DNA of 64,000 bases from Bacilli bacterium (GTDB taxonomy: Bacteria; Bacillota_I; Bacilli_A; RFN20; CAG-826): assembly GCA_024408505.1 (NCBI GenBank), contig JAKSUZ010000003.1, positions 14,668-78,667 of the forward strand, written 5' to 3'. The position numbers and the translations under genes were made by a program. Below the pieces are notes generated by a model. That model was not told the DNA's origin. It made no database searches and saw only the letters and a list, made by a program, of their open reading frames with translations. This document shows positions 7,563 through 16,612 of this stretch, piece after piece; position 1 is the stretch's first letter; every line of letters begins with the position of its first letter.

Positions 7563-9266
7563 ATGGCAAGTATTAAAGACATTACCGAACCAGTTAAAGT
7601 TTATCAACAGGCTAAAGATATGTATCACCAAAATGTCTTAGACTTTTTTGATGAACTAATAAAAAAGAGTAATACTAATCTTGAAGCCAATAAATCTACT
7701 TGTGAAGATTACTATAAGAAACTAACTGAAATCGAAGCAGCTAGAAAGAAATCTAGTAAAAAGGGTAAACTAAGAACTTTTCTTAAAGTATTAATGATTA
7801 TTTGCTATTGCTTGATTGTCTTAATCCCAGTTGGACTATTAATTAGAAGCAAAATCAAAAATAAATTAGATAAAGAAATTCAAAGTGTTAATGAAGAGGC
7901 TGAGAAATTAATCACGAACGCTAATGAATTAAAAGAACAGGCCATTCAACAAACTGCATTATTTAATAATATGATTGAATGGAATACGCCTGCTAATATC
8001 TTCAGCAAAACCATTCCACTTATTCAAGTCGATCAATATTTTAATAATGAAAAGCTTTGCTATTTAAAAGATAAATACGGATATTCTGAACATGATGGTG
8101 ATGATGTGTCAACCATCTTTGTGCAATCTGGATCAATACTAGGTAATCCATTTGTAATCGAACAAAACTATGTGCAAGAAATGGCGCCTTTTGTCTATAC
8201 TGGTACATTAGTAATTCATTGGACAACTTATCATCGTGACAATAATGGTCACAGTTATCCAGTTCATCATACACAAACTTTAGTAGCGCATGTCTCTAAG
8301 CCAAAACCTAACTATTATCTTGATACTTGGCTAGTCTATGGGAACGGGGCCGCACCAAAGTTAACTTTCTCACGTACTCCTTCTAGTAGTAGCAAGATGG
8401 ATGATAAGCATTTATCAAAATTCACGCAAAAGTTTGAAAAGAAATTAAATAAGATTTCTAAGAAAGACATGAGTTTTACTAAAATGGCTAATACTAAATT
8501 TGAAAGTTTATTTAACGCACTTGATCGCGATAATGAAGTGGAATTTAGATTATTATTTACTCCGTTAGCGCAAAATAATATGGTCGATTTAATGCGTATG
8601 AAGGAACCATATGGAGATGATTTTACTTTCTATAAACAAAAAGAACTAAATTACATTAAGACTATGCACGCTCAAGGATTTGACTATTCAAGTGATCCAG
8701 TGAAGTTTATTAACTTTGATGTTAGTAAAGCTAAAGAAGAATTAGTGAATTATTGCGATGCTTATTTCCAAAGCTTATATTTTGATTTAGCGCCTCTTCT
8801 TTCAATTCCACTATATCAAAACTACAAAGCCGTCGAGTATATATATAAGGATAATCATAAAGGTAGATACACAAGTTTTGAAACCGAATCAATTATCAAT
8901 CATTTTGATAAATCTGATTTAGTGCATAAAGATACGGCTACGGATGCGATTTTAAAAACCGAGTTTGTTCGTCGTGATGGCGATAATGATATTATGTCAG
9001 TCACCGCACATACCTTTAAAGCAATTCCAAGAGTAGAAATGGTTCCAACCCTAGGAGGAGATGGAATGACCCACTTAGTTCCGGTTCCTTGGAACGAATA
9101 TGTGAAAGTTGCTAAGAAAACCCCATTTATTGTTCGCGACATGAAAAAGAACCGCTATGAATATAGTCAATCACAAAATATTTTTGCTAAACATAATGTA
9201 AAGAATGTATACTATCAAAAGGGATTAGTTTCTGCGTTATTAAAAGAAGCTTCCCAAGATAAATAA
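7563..9266 (+). CDS. Hypothetical membrane-anchored protein (N-terminal coiled coil, one TM, large C-terminal domain)
   Basis: Long ORF with TM segment LKVLMIICYCLIVLIPVGLLI and no recognisable catalytic motif. Start refined to ATG 7563. Confidence 0.7.
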   Translation: MASIKDITEPVKVYQQAKDMYHQNVLDFFDELIKKSNTNLEANKSTCEDYYKKLTEIEAARKKSSKKGKLRTFLKVLMIICYCLIVLIPVGLLIRSKIKNKLDKEIQSVNEEAEKLITNANELKEQAIQQTALFNNMIEWNTPANIFSKTIPLIQVDQYFNNEKLCYLKDKYGYSEHDGDDVSTIFVQSGSILGNPFVIEQNYVQEMAPFVYTGTLVIHWTTYHRDNNGHSYPVHHTQTLVAHVSKPKPNYYLDTWLVYGNGAAPKLTFSRTPSSSSKMDDKHLSKFTQKFEKKLNKISKKDMSFTKMANTKFESLFNALDRDNEVEFRLLFTPLAQNNMVDLMRMKEPYGDDFTFYKQKELNYIKTMHAQGFDYSSDPVKFINFDVSKAKEELVNYCDAYFQSLYFDLAPLLSIPLYQNYKAVEYIYKDNHKGRYTSFETESIINHFDKSDLVHKDTATDAILKTEFVRRDGDNDIMSVTAHTFKAIPRVEMVPTLGGDGMTHLVPVPWNEYVKVAKKTPFIVRDMKKNRYEYSQSQNIFAKHNVKNVYYQKGLVSALLKEASQDK

Positions 9267-9280
9267 AGGAGAAAATATTT

Positions 9281-9931
9281 ATGGCAAATGAATTAGACGA
9301 AATGACTGCACCAGTAAACGAAGCTGGTCGTGATGTTCACGTTATTGAAAAACAAATCCCAGCGAAAGTTGGTGTTGGAAGTACTGTTTTCCAAGTAATA
9401 CTTTGGGTATTAGCAATTATCCCAGGCGTGGTATTTTTAATCATGAAGATGAATGCTGGTAACTACTTACAAGCACTTCAACAAAAGATTAATCATGACG
9501 CTAGCCAGATTGATAACTACTTAGAACAAAGAGTGCAAATCTTAAAGAACTGCGCTAAGTTACTTGATAAGTCCATCAAACTTGATAAGGATACCTTTAC
9601 CGAGATCGCTAGACTTAGAAGCGGTAACGATATGAACGCTCAAGCGAAAGCGATTGAAGATGTTAATAAACAAATCAATGTCGCAATTGAGCGTTATCCA
9701 GATCTTAAGGCTCACCAAGAACTTGAAGATGCAATGCAACAAAACTCTTATTTACAAAAAGAGATTACGGCTGCGCGTGAAGCTTATAACGATAGCGTCT
9801 ATGAGTGGAACTCAGCGATTATGGCTTGGCCAACTAAGAAGATTGTTGCGGCTAAGAAAGGTTATACCACCCGTGTCCCATTCTCCATTGATATGGCGAC
9901 TCGTCAACAAGCCCGTGGCGATTTCTTCTAA
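9281..9931 (+). CDS. lemA: LemA family membrane protein
   Basis: N-terminal TM, then LemA-like ERYPDLKA...L...E..I...R..YN..V..N and PF segments. SD AAGGAG upstream. Confidence 0.75.
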   Translation: MANELDEMTAPVNEAGRDVHVIEKQIPAKVGVGSTVFQVILWVLAIIPGVVFLIMKMNAGNYLQALQQKINHDASQIDNYLEQRVQILKNCAKLLDKSIKLDKDTFTEIARLRSGNDMNAQAKAIEDVNKQINVAIERYPDLKAHQELEDAMQQNSYLQKEITAAREAYNDSVYEWNSAIMAWPTKKIVAAKKGYTTRVPFSIDMATRQQARGDFF

Positions 9932-9949
9932 TTAAAAATTAGTAAATAA

Positions 9950-9985
9950 AAAAGAGGGGTGAAATCCATCCCTCTTTCTTTTTAC
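9950..9985. terminator. Bidirectional terminator between convergent genes
   Basis: AGAGGG (9953-9958) / CCCTCT (9970-9975), flanked by an A run and a T run. Confidence 0.6.
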
Positions 9986-9991
9986 TTTTTA

Positions 9992-10492
9992 TTAATACGC
10001 AGGATTTACTTGTTTTGGTTTAGCAACCGCAGCAATGAAATCGATTAAGGCGAAGAAACCTAATAAGCACCAGAAGACTGCAACGGTAATTGCACCACCA
10101 GCAGTAGCGCAATGGAATATTACTGGATTTGAAGTAGTGTGATCAACTAATTGACTAGTACATGCAACTAAGACACCTGATGCGATATAGAATGGGCAAG
10201 CAAGTAATGTTGCGTATTTATTCTTGTTTTTAAGAAGAGTAAGAAGAATAGCAACGATACCAAGAATAAAGGCAGTCACTAATCCACCGTTAGCTGCAAA
10301 TGAACCGTCAATTGGGAAACCAGCAGCGGTCACGGTAAAACCTCCGCCAAATGTTGCAACAAATAAATTAGTGGTTGTTGAATAAGTTGCGGTAGCAGTG
10401 AGGCTAATTGTTACGGCCGGGATTAAATAAAAGAGAATGGTCATTATCCCTAATAAGACCATACAATTGCTAAGTGTAATAATTTTTTTCAT
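9992..10492 (-). CDS. Hypothetical polytopic membrane protein
   Basis: Four or five hydrophobic segments. The start is taken at MKKIITL (ATG 10492), which has a GGAG SD. Confidence 0.6.
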   Translation of the reverse strand: MKKIITLSNCMVLLGIMTILFYLIPAVTISLTATATYSTTTNLFVATFGGGFTVTAAGFPIDGSFAANGGLVTAFILGIVAILLTLLKNKNKYATLLACPFYIASGVLVACTSQLVDHTTSNPVIFHCATAGGAITVAVFWCLLGFFALIDFIAAVAKPKQVNPAY

Positions 10493-10573
10493 AGTTTGTG
10501 CTCCAAACGATACATACAATAAGATATATTACTTTTTGCTTATAAGCAAACTATTTATTGTAAAATAAGTTAT

Positions 10574-11236
10574 ATGTTAAGTGACTGGTCAAGCTTATTT
10601 AGTCAAATAAAGAGCAAAGATTATGCACAAAGATTGCATACTTTTTTAGACACTGAATACGCTAAATATACAGTTTATCCACCACGTAATTTAATTCACA
10701 ACGCCTTTGATCAAACTAAACCTAGCGATATTAAAGTTGTAATTATCGGGCAAGATCCATATCATGAGCCTAATCAAGCGATGGGACTATGTTTTTCAGT
10801 TCCTAATGGAGTGGAATTACCTCCAAGTTTAATTAACGTTTACCAAGAAATTGAAAAAGAGTATGGAATTAAAATGAAAAGAGATGGGGATTTAACTTAT
10901 TTAGCGAAGCAAGGTTGTCTCTTGCTTAATACGGTGTTAACTGTTCGCGCTCATCAAGCATTAAGTCATAACATAAATGAATATAAATTATTTATCGCGG
11001 ATGTTTTAAATTATGTAGATACTTTAAATCAGCCAATTGTGTTTATGCTTTGGGGTAATAACGCCAAACAATATGAACAATACATCCATAACCCTAATCG
11101 ACTTATTTTAAAAAGCGTTCACCCATCGCCACTAAGCGCGAATCGAGGTGGCTGGTTTGGCAATAATCATTTTAAAAAATGTAATGATTACTTATTAAGT
11201 AAAGGTTTAAAAGAAATCAATTGGAATAATAATTAA
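10574..11236 (+). CDS. ung: Uracil-DNA glycosylase
   Basis: GQDPYH water-activating loop and HPSPLS motif, 220 aa. Confidence 0.95.
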   Translation: MLSDWSSLFSQIKSKDYAQRLHTFLDTEYAKYTVYPPRNLIHNAFDQTKPSDIKVVIIGQDPYHEPNQAMGLCFSVPNGVELPPSLINVYQEIEKEYGIKMKRDGDLTYLAKQGCLLLNTVLTVRAHQALSHNINEYKLFIADVLNYVDTLNQPIVFMLWGNNAKQYEQYIHNPNRLILKSVHPSPLSANRGGWFGNNHFKKCNDYLLSKGLKEINWNNN

Positions 11237-11242
11237 TTTTTC

Positions 11243-11797
11243 TTATTTATCTTGTTTGACTTTGTTAAATGCATCTCTTACAATGTTAATTGTAGAAGTT
11301 AGAGCACCGACATGAGTTCGGATTTCGGAGAACTCATGGAAGTATCTATACTGATCGATTACCGACTGTATAGAACCTCTAGCCTCTTTTTTTATTATTC
11401 CATTTATGTTTTCGGGATAAGAAGTAATAATCCAGTCATTATTAGTTCCGGAAAAATTTTTTTGAATAGCTATTCTTATTCCACGATAAATAATTAAATA
11501 TCGATTGTTACCCCAAAATTTTGGATATATGATTTTGACTTTTTCTAATGTCAAGATAATTAATCCTACTAATTCATCTAAACTGAGCTCATCTATCTCA
11601 AATCGTTTTTGAATGATGTGTTCGTAGCCAAACGCTCCGCGCGGCCTATTCTTTATTCTAATATCGCCATAAGTTCCATATGGAAGATATACTTTTCCTA
11701 AACATGGATTATTTACAAAACACACATCATCTTTCTTAGATTTAATCATTTTAAGGATAAGATTTAATTCTTTTCTATTTAAAATGGTTTTATTCAT
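11243..11797 (-). CDS. Hypothetical protein, orphan accessory gene
   Basis: 184-aa ORF with SD GGAGG and a 255-nt AT-rich upstream region. No motif could be identified with confidence. Confidence 0.6.
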   Translation of the reverse strand: MNKTILNRKELNLILKMIKSKKDDVCFVNNPCLGKVYLPYGTYGDIRIKNRPRGAFGYEHIIQKRFEIDELSLDELVGLIILTLEKVKIIYPKFWGNNRYLIIYRGIRIAIQKNFSGTNNDWIITSYPENINGIIKKEARGSIQSVIDQYRYFHEFSEIRTHVGALTSTINIVRDAFNKVKQDK

Positions 11798-11869
11798 ATT
11801 TATCCTCCAAGGAATATTTCCCTTATTAGTTGCTTAACAAAAAATACTTAAAAAACTCACTTATTTTTT

Positions 11870-11889
11870 TATATTTATTAATAAATATA
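11870..11889. repeat. Perfect 20-bp palindrome TATATTTATTAATAAATATA in the divergent intergenic region
   Basis: Self-complementary by direct reading. A second 16-bp AT palindrome, TTTAAAATATTTTAAA, follows. Confidence 0.6.
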
Positions 11890-11977
11890 GAAATTTAAAA
11901 TATTTTAAAAATGATTAAAAACTATTAAATTTACTCACAACTTAATCTTTGATTAGTTATGTGATTTATATATAATA

Positions 11978-12050
11978 GTTTTGGGAGCTCGAAAGGGCTG
12001 AGAGGGCGAATAGCCGACCATACCTGATCTAGGTAATGCTAGCGGAGGGA
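11978..12050 (+). promoter_or_regulatory. TPP (THI-box) riboswitch
   Basis: Conserved GGGCTGAGA ... ACCTGATCTAGGTAATGCTAGCG.AGGGA, directly upstream of thiT. TATAAT at 11971-11976. Confidence 0.9.
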
Positions 12051-12052
12051 AT

Positions 12053-12595
12053 ATGAAATATACAATAAAAGACATAGCAGAAATCGGAATTTTCGTGGGA
12101 CTAGCACTAGTTCTCAACATTCCGATTTTTTCTATTCATATTATGTCTAATGCTGGTTCGATTTCTTTTACTCTAATTCCGCTTTGTATCATTGCATTAA
12201 GAAAATCATGGTGGAAAACTTTGATTGCCACAGCAATAATTTATGGTTTGTTTGCGTGTCTTATGGATGGTTATGGTTTTCAAACTTATCCATTAGACTA
12301 CTGTTTAAGTTATGGTTCATTAACTTTAATTAGTCTTGTGCGTAAACCAATCTTCGAAAAGAAATATGGATTCATTTATTTAATCGTTAGTGTAATCCTT
12401 GCGACTTTATTAAGAATATTATTTACGACTATTGATGGAGTATGGTTATACGAATATACTTTTTTAGCTTCATTTATCTATAACGCGACTTATGTTTCGA
12501 TAACTGGCGCAGTTACTTTAGCGGCACTTCTCTTATTGTTTAAACCATTACAAATGATTATAGAACGTTATCCGGATGCAAAAGAAATACAATAA
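12053..12595 (+). CDS. thiT: Thiamine transporter ThiT (ECF S-component)
   Basis: 180-aa six-TM protein directly behind the TPP riboswitch. Confidence 0.8.
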   Translation: MKYTIKDIAEIGIFVGLALVLNIPIFSIHIMSNAGSISFTLIPLCIIALRKSWWKTLIATAIIYGLFACLMDGYGFQTYPLDYCLSYGSLTLISLVRKPIFEKKYGFIYLIVSVILATLLRILFTTIDGVWLYEYTFLASFIYNATYVSITGAVTLAALLLLFKPLQMIIERYPDAKEIQ

Positions 12596-12641
12596 ATCTT
12601 TAGATTATTGTAAAATTAAAAGGCGTAGAGGAAACGAAAGC

Positions 12642-13661
12642 ATGTTTAAACAACAAGAAACTAAAAATAAAAACGAAGGCTTTGTCGACGAAAAAGGCCA
12701 AGCATTAGAGGATAAACCAGTTAACGCTAAAGAAGCAATTAATCCTGATGATATTAATTTAAAAGCTGATTTTAAATACGATGATTCATCTCTAGAAGAT
12801 ATTGAAACTGGTCGTCTTGCATTTTTTAAAACGGTTAAGAAAGAAAATATATTTAAATGGATTGTCGCCGCATTATCAATTGGATTATTAATATTCGCTT
12901 TTGCTTATTTAATGCAACAAGACGCTCAAGCACTAAAGGTTACGGGTTATTGCATGATAGGCGTTTCAATCCTAATTATTGTTGTCTACTATCTTATTGC
13001 GAAGAAATTTAATAATAAAAAGATGAATATTTATCTTAAGCGTTACTATGGAGATATTAATGCTTATATCTTTAAGGATTTTAAAGATGTGCATGGTGAT
13101 ATTAATGGAAAGATTGAAAACAATGAATTTAATAACTCTTTGCTTTATAAGAATGTATCTACAATCGGAAGTAGAAATATCGTGAACTTTAAAGTAAATA
13201 ATCTTGATTGTAAGATGTGCGATTGCGCTGCCCAGATGTCTACGATTAAAAAATTAGAACCGCTTTTTATTGGTAAGTATTTGATTGCGCCTAATACTTA
13301 TGATGGTGATCAACAAATTGTTATTTATTTAACTGGCAATAGTAGAGCATTACCACCCAATAACGTTGATCATTTAACTAAAGTAGTGAATACAAGAAAA
13401 ATGATTATTTATACTGAAAACAAAAAATATGAATCAGTGGTAAACGCTAAGGCTAGACAAGCCATTAGTGAGCTTGTTACTAATAACGTTTTAGTTGATG
13501 TTTCAATTTCTATTACCAAAGGCAAAACCTATTTCTGCTTAGGCTACGATGATTGCCTTATGGTATTACCACTTCAAGAAAAATTTAATCCATTACCAGT
13601 CTATAAATTTAAGAAAGACATGGAAATTATCGCTAATCTTATAACTTTATTAAATAAATAA
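12642..13661 (+). CDS. Hypothetical membrane protein (charged N-terminus, two TM segments, C-terminal globular domain)
   Basis: ORF with SD-like AGAGGA before ATG 12642. The ORF-track start at 12576 overlaps thiT and looks spurious. Confidence 0.6.
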   Translation: MFKQQETKNKNEGFVDEKGQALEDKPVNAKEAINPDDINLKADFKYDDSSLEDIETGRLAFFKTVKKENIFKWIVAALSIGLLIFAFAYLMQQDAQALKVTGYCMIGVSILIIVVYYLIAKKFNNKKMNIYLKRYYGDINAYIFKDFKDVHGDINGKIENNEFNNSLLYKNVSTIGSRNIVNFKVNNLDCKMCDCAAQMSTIKKLEPLFIGKYLIAPNTYDGDQQIVIYLTGNSRALPPNNVDHLTKVVNTRKMIIYTENKKYESVVNAKARQAISELVTNNVLVDVSISITKGKTYFCLGYDDCLMVLPLQEKFNPLPVYKFKKDMEIIANLITLLNK

Positions 13662-13662
13662 T

Positions 13663-14220
13663 ATGTCGTACTATCATCGCTTCTTACAAATTCAAGCCTA
13701 TAAGCATGATGGTTCTTTTCATCGTCTTTGGAGCCATGGATTAGTGGTAAGAGATGATGAAGATTATATTGTTGAAGTAGCATCGCGCGTAAGAGTAGTT
13801 GAATCAAATAATCATGTATGGCATACCAAAGATCTTGGGGTCTTCATCCTTTCAAAAAAGGAATGGTATAACACAATTGCGACTATTATGGATAACGGAA
13901 TTCGCTTTTATATTAATATTGCCTCTCCCGCAATTATTGAAAAAGGATTTATTAAATTCATTGATTACGATCTTGATTTAAAAGTGTTCCCTGATGGTTT
14001 CACTAAAGTATTAGATGTGAATGAATTTAAAGCACATTGTGATCAATATCATTACTCAGAAGATTTACAAAAAGTATTAAAGAATGTTTTAGATAAGATG
14101 AGTAAAAAAGTCGCTAATAAAGAAGAACCGTTTAACGAAGAGACTATTAAAAAATATTTAAAAGATTACGAAGACTTTGCTTCTAAGCAAGAGTCAAAAG
14201 ATAAGAAAGAACCGCATTAG
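13663..14220 (+). CDS. DUF402-family nucleoside tri/diphosphate phosphatase (Ntdp/YgaC-like)
   Basis: N-terminus ...IQAYKHDGSFHRLW... and FIDYDLDLKV are typical of the UPF0374/DUF402 family. Confidence 0.7.
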   Translation: MSYYHRFLQIQAYKHDGSFHRLWSHGLVVRDDEDYIVEVASRVRVVESNNHVWHTKDLGVFILSKKEWYNTIATIMDNGIRFYINIASPAIIEKGFIKFIDYDLDLKVFPDGFTKVLDVNEFKAHCDQYHYSEDLQKVLKNVLDKMSKKVANKEEPFNEETIKKYLKDYEDFASKQESKDKKEPH

Positions 14221-15076
14221 CTTCTTTCTTGCCTGGTTCAATTCGACGAGCCTTACCTTCATAGGAAGCACAATCACCAATCGCAAAGACGCGGGAACTC
14301 ACCGCGTATTTTTCATTAACTTTCAGGAAATTACCTAAATGTTCATATTTAAACGGAGTGTTAACCGGCACGCTACCAAAGTTAACCACTACATAATCAA
14401 CTGGAATATCAACGGTATCTTCTCCTTGGGCGTTTTTAATTGTAATTGATGTACATAAGTCGCCGCTTCTAGTTAACTTAAACGGAACATAAGGAAGATG
14501 AACATGTAAGTTCTTAGAATTCTTAATTGTTTCAGGGTTACCTCTAAACTCCGTACGACGATGAATTAAATGAACATTATCAGAATGTAGAGATAATTCT
14601 TTAGACCAGTCTAAAGCAGAATCGCCGCCACCAAAGATTGCGACTCTCTTACCATATAGGAAATCAAAGTTATTTAAAGCATATAGAATATTTTTGCAGC
14701 CTTCTTCACCTTCTAAGCCCATAGTGCGAGGAGTGTACATCCCTAATCCTACCGTAATTACTACATAATCAAATTCGTATTTACCTTTGTTTGTGACTAG
14801 CGTGGTTTTTTCACCTTCAACAATATCAATAACTTTTTCATTAAATTTGATGTTATTAAGATTAACTTTAGTTCTTAAATCTTCCACAAAAGTAATCGCT
14901 TCTTTTCCTTCAAAGCCTACAACATCTTCAAATTTTTTATGTGGATAAAGATTAAAAATCTGTCCACCAATTTGATCAGTGGCTTCAATAATTACATATG
15001 GGATTTTTTCTTTTTCTAGTAATGAGGCGAAATATAATCCAATGGGACCTGCGCCGATAATTCCGATGTTTTTCAT
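14183..15076 (-). CDS. FAD-dependent ferredoxin-NADP+ reductase / thioredoxin-reductase-like oxidoreductase
   Basis: GAGPIG dinucleotide-binding motif at the N-terminus, a second GGGDSA motif, and C-terminal FAIGD. Confidence 0.8.
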   Translation of the reverse strand: MKNIGIIGAGPIGLYFASLLEKEKIPYVIIEATDQIGGQIFNLYPHKKFEDVVGFEGKEAITFVEDLRTKVNLNNIKFNEKVIDIVEGEKTTLVTNKGKYEFDYVVITVGLGMYTPRTMGLEGEEGCKNILYALNNFDFLYGKRVAIFGGGDSALDWSKELSLHSDNVHLIHRRTEFRGNPETIKNSKNLHVHLPYVPFKLTRSGDLCTSITIKNAQGEDTVDIPVDYVVVNFGSVPVNTPFKYEHLGNFLKVNEKYAVSSRVFAIGDCASYEGKARRIEPGKKEANAVLSYLLTLA

Positions 15077-15123
15077 AATGCTAATTATAGCATTATTGCC
15101 TCTTTTAAGTTATACTTTTTCCG
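15077..15123. promoter_or_regulatory. 47-bp divergent region with two leaderless-type -10 boxes
   Basis: TATAAT on the minus strand at 15089-15084 lies 7 nt from ATG 15076. TATACT at 15111-15116 lies 7 nt from ATG 15124. Confidence 0.55.
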
Positions 15124-15579
15124 ATGAAGTTTGTCTTTATTAGTAAGAAAAGAGACGAAACAATTAAACTAGGTGAGAAACTAGGAAATTGTTTAAAAAA
15201 AGGTGACATTGTAACCCTCACTGGTGATTTAGGCGCGGGTAAAACAACCTTAGTGTCTGGGATGGCTAAAGCTTTAAAGATTAAAGAAAAAGTTATATCA
15301 CCAACATTTAATATTCTTAAGTGTTACTTTAAAGCTAAAATTCCACTTTATCATATTGATGCGTATCGTTTAGAAGACACTAATAAGGATATTGGATTAG
15401 AAGAATATATTGAAGGGAACGGAATTGCAGTCATAGAATGGCCAATTTATATTAAAGAACTTTTAAATGTTAAACACTTAGAAATTAAGATTATTAATAA
15501 AGGCGGAGACAAAAGAGAAATTACTTTTATTACGCCTAATAAGTATTACGAAAATATCATTAGGAGCGTTTTAAAATGA
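15124..15579 (+). CDS. tsaE: tRNA t6A37 biosynthesis ATPase TsaE
   Basis: GDLGAGKTT P-loop, 151 aa, located in the tsaEB-rimI-tsaD cluster. Confidence 0.9.
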   Translation: MKFVFISKKRDETIKLGEKLGNCLKKGDIVTLTGDLGAGKTTLVSGMAKALKIKEKVISPTFNILKCYFKAKIPLYHIDAYRLEDTNKDIGLEEYIEGNGIAVIEWPIYIKELLNVKHLEIKIINKGGDKREITFITPNKYYENIIRSVLK

Positions 15580-16166
15580 TTTATTTATTATTAGATAGCT
15601 CCAATACATATTTATCCGTAGGACTTGCGAAGAATAATAAATTAATCGATAAAATTTCGTATCCATGCTTTCAAAGACAAAGTGAATATATGGTATCGGA
15701 AATTGATAAATTATTAAAACGTAATCACATCAACGCGAAAAAGATTGATGGAGTAGTCACCTCGATTGGTCCAGGCTCCTATACTGGAATTAGAATCGCC
15801 TTAACCATCGCAAAAGTTATGTGCTATGCACTCAATATCCCACTTTATCCTCTATCCACGCTTGAGATTAATAAAGTGATTGGTAAAGATTCAATCGTCT
15901 TATTTAACGCGCGTAGCAATCGTTCTTATATCGCAGCGTTTTCTAGGTCTAAACGCTTATTAAAAGATCAGGCAATGAATAATAGTGATGTTCTTAAATA
16001 TATTAAAGATCATCCTAAATATGTTTTAGTAGGAGATTTATCTTATCTAAATTTAAAAGGCAAGAAAGTTGATGTATTAAGTAACATGCTTACTTTAATG
16101 AAAAACACTAAACCAGTTAAGAATCTTAATTTAGTTAAGCCAATTTATCTTAAGGAGACATATTAA
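15576..16166 (+). CDS. tsaB: tRNA t6A37 biosynthesis protein TsaB
   Basis: GPGSYTGIRI motif, ATGA overlap with tsaE. Confidence 0.9.
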   Translation: MIYLLLDSSNTYLSVGLAKNNKLIDKISYPCFQRQSEYMVSEIDKLLKRNHINAKKIDGVVTSIGPGSYTGIRIALTIAKVMCYALNIPLYPLSTLEINKVIGKDSIVLFNARSNRSYIAAFSRSKRLLKDQAMNNSDVLKYIKDHPKYVLVGDLSYLNLKGKKVDVLSNMLTLMKNTKPVKNLNLVKPIYLKETY

Positions 16167-16612
16167 TGATTCGTTTCATGAAGAAAGAAGATCTCGCTAA
16201 CATCATCAAGATTGAAGATGCTTCTTTTAAAGATGGTCATTATTCTAAAGATCAATTACTTTATGAACATAAAGAAAATCCGTTCGCAAAGATTTTAGTG
16301 AACGAAGAAAATAAAGTAATTAATGGTTTCTTAATTTATATGGTTACCTTTAATAGCGCAACGATTATTCAAATCGCCGTTAATCCTAAAGATAGACATA
16401 ACGGAATTGCTACTAAGTTATTAAAAGCGATGGATAAAGAATTACTTAAACAAGGCTATGGCAAAGTTGAGAATGTTACTCTTGAAGTAAGAAGTACAAA
16501 TAAAAATGCGATTAAGTTATATAGTAAGAGCGGCTATAAAAAGAATCATATTAAAAAGAAATATTATGATAACGGCGATGATGCAATATATATGATGAAG
16601 GTGTTACTCTAA
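16166..16612 (+). CDS. rimI: Ribosomal-protein-alanine N-acetyltransferase (GNAT)
   Basis: GNAT core ...IAVNPKDRHNGIATKLL..., located between tsaB and tsaD. Confidence 0.85.
   Translation: MIRFMKKEDLANIIKIEDASFKDGHYSKDQLLYEHKENPFAKILVNEENKVINGFLIYMVTFNSATIIQIAVNPKDRHNGIATKLLKAMDKELLKQGYGKVENVTLEVRSTNKNAIKLYSKSGYKKNHIKKKYYDNGDDAIYMMKVLL

Noticed and set aside
5850-9266. Long N-terminal extensions in the ORF track (5850..7631 and 7506..9266 overlap by 126 nt). Similar extensions occur at 12576, 17579, 33509, 44273, 49235, 50394, 52135, 38616, 10519 and 22308.
   Set aside because: Internal ATGs with an SD or a -10 box at 7-8 nt give N-termini that match the conserved family starts and remove the implausible overlaps. 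The extensions look like read-through of non-coding AT-rich DNA.
11870-11889. The same regulator binding both the 20-bp palindrome here and the module palindromes at 4844, 22218 and 22597
   Set aside because: The half-sites are identical (TATATTTA), but the spacing differs by one base (4 versus 5 central nt). Such AT-only palindromes are expected by chance in AT-rich intergenic DNA. I kept this only as a note within a finding.
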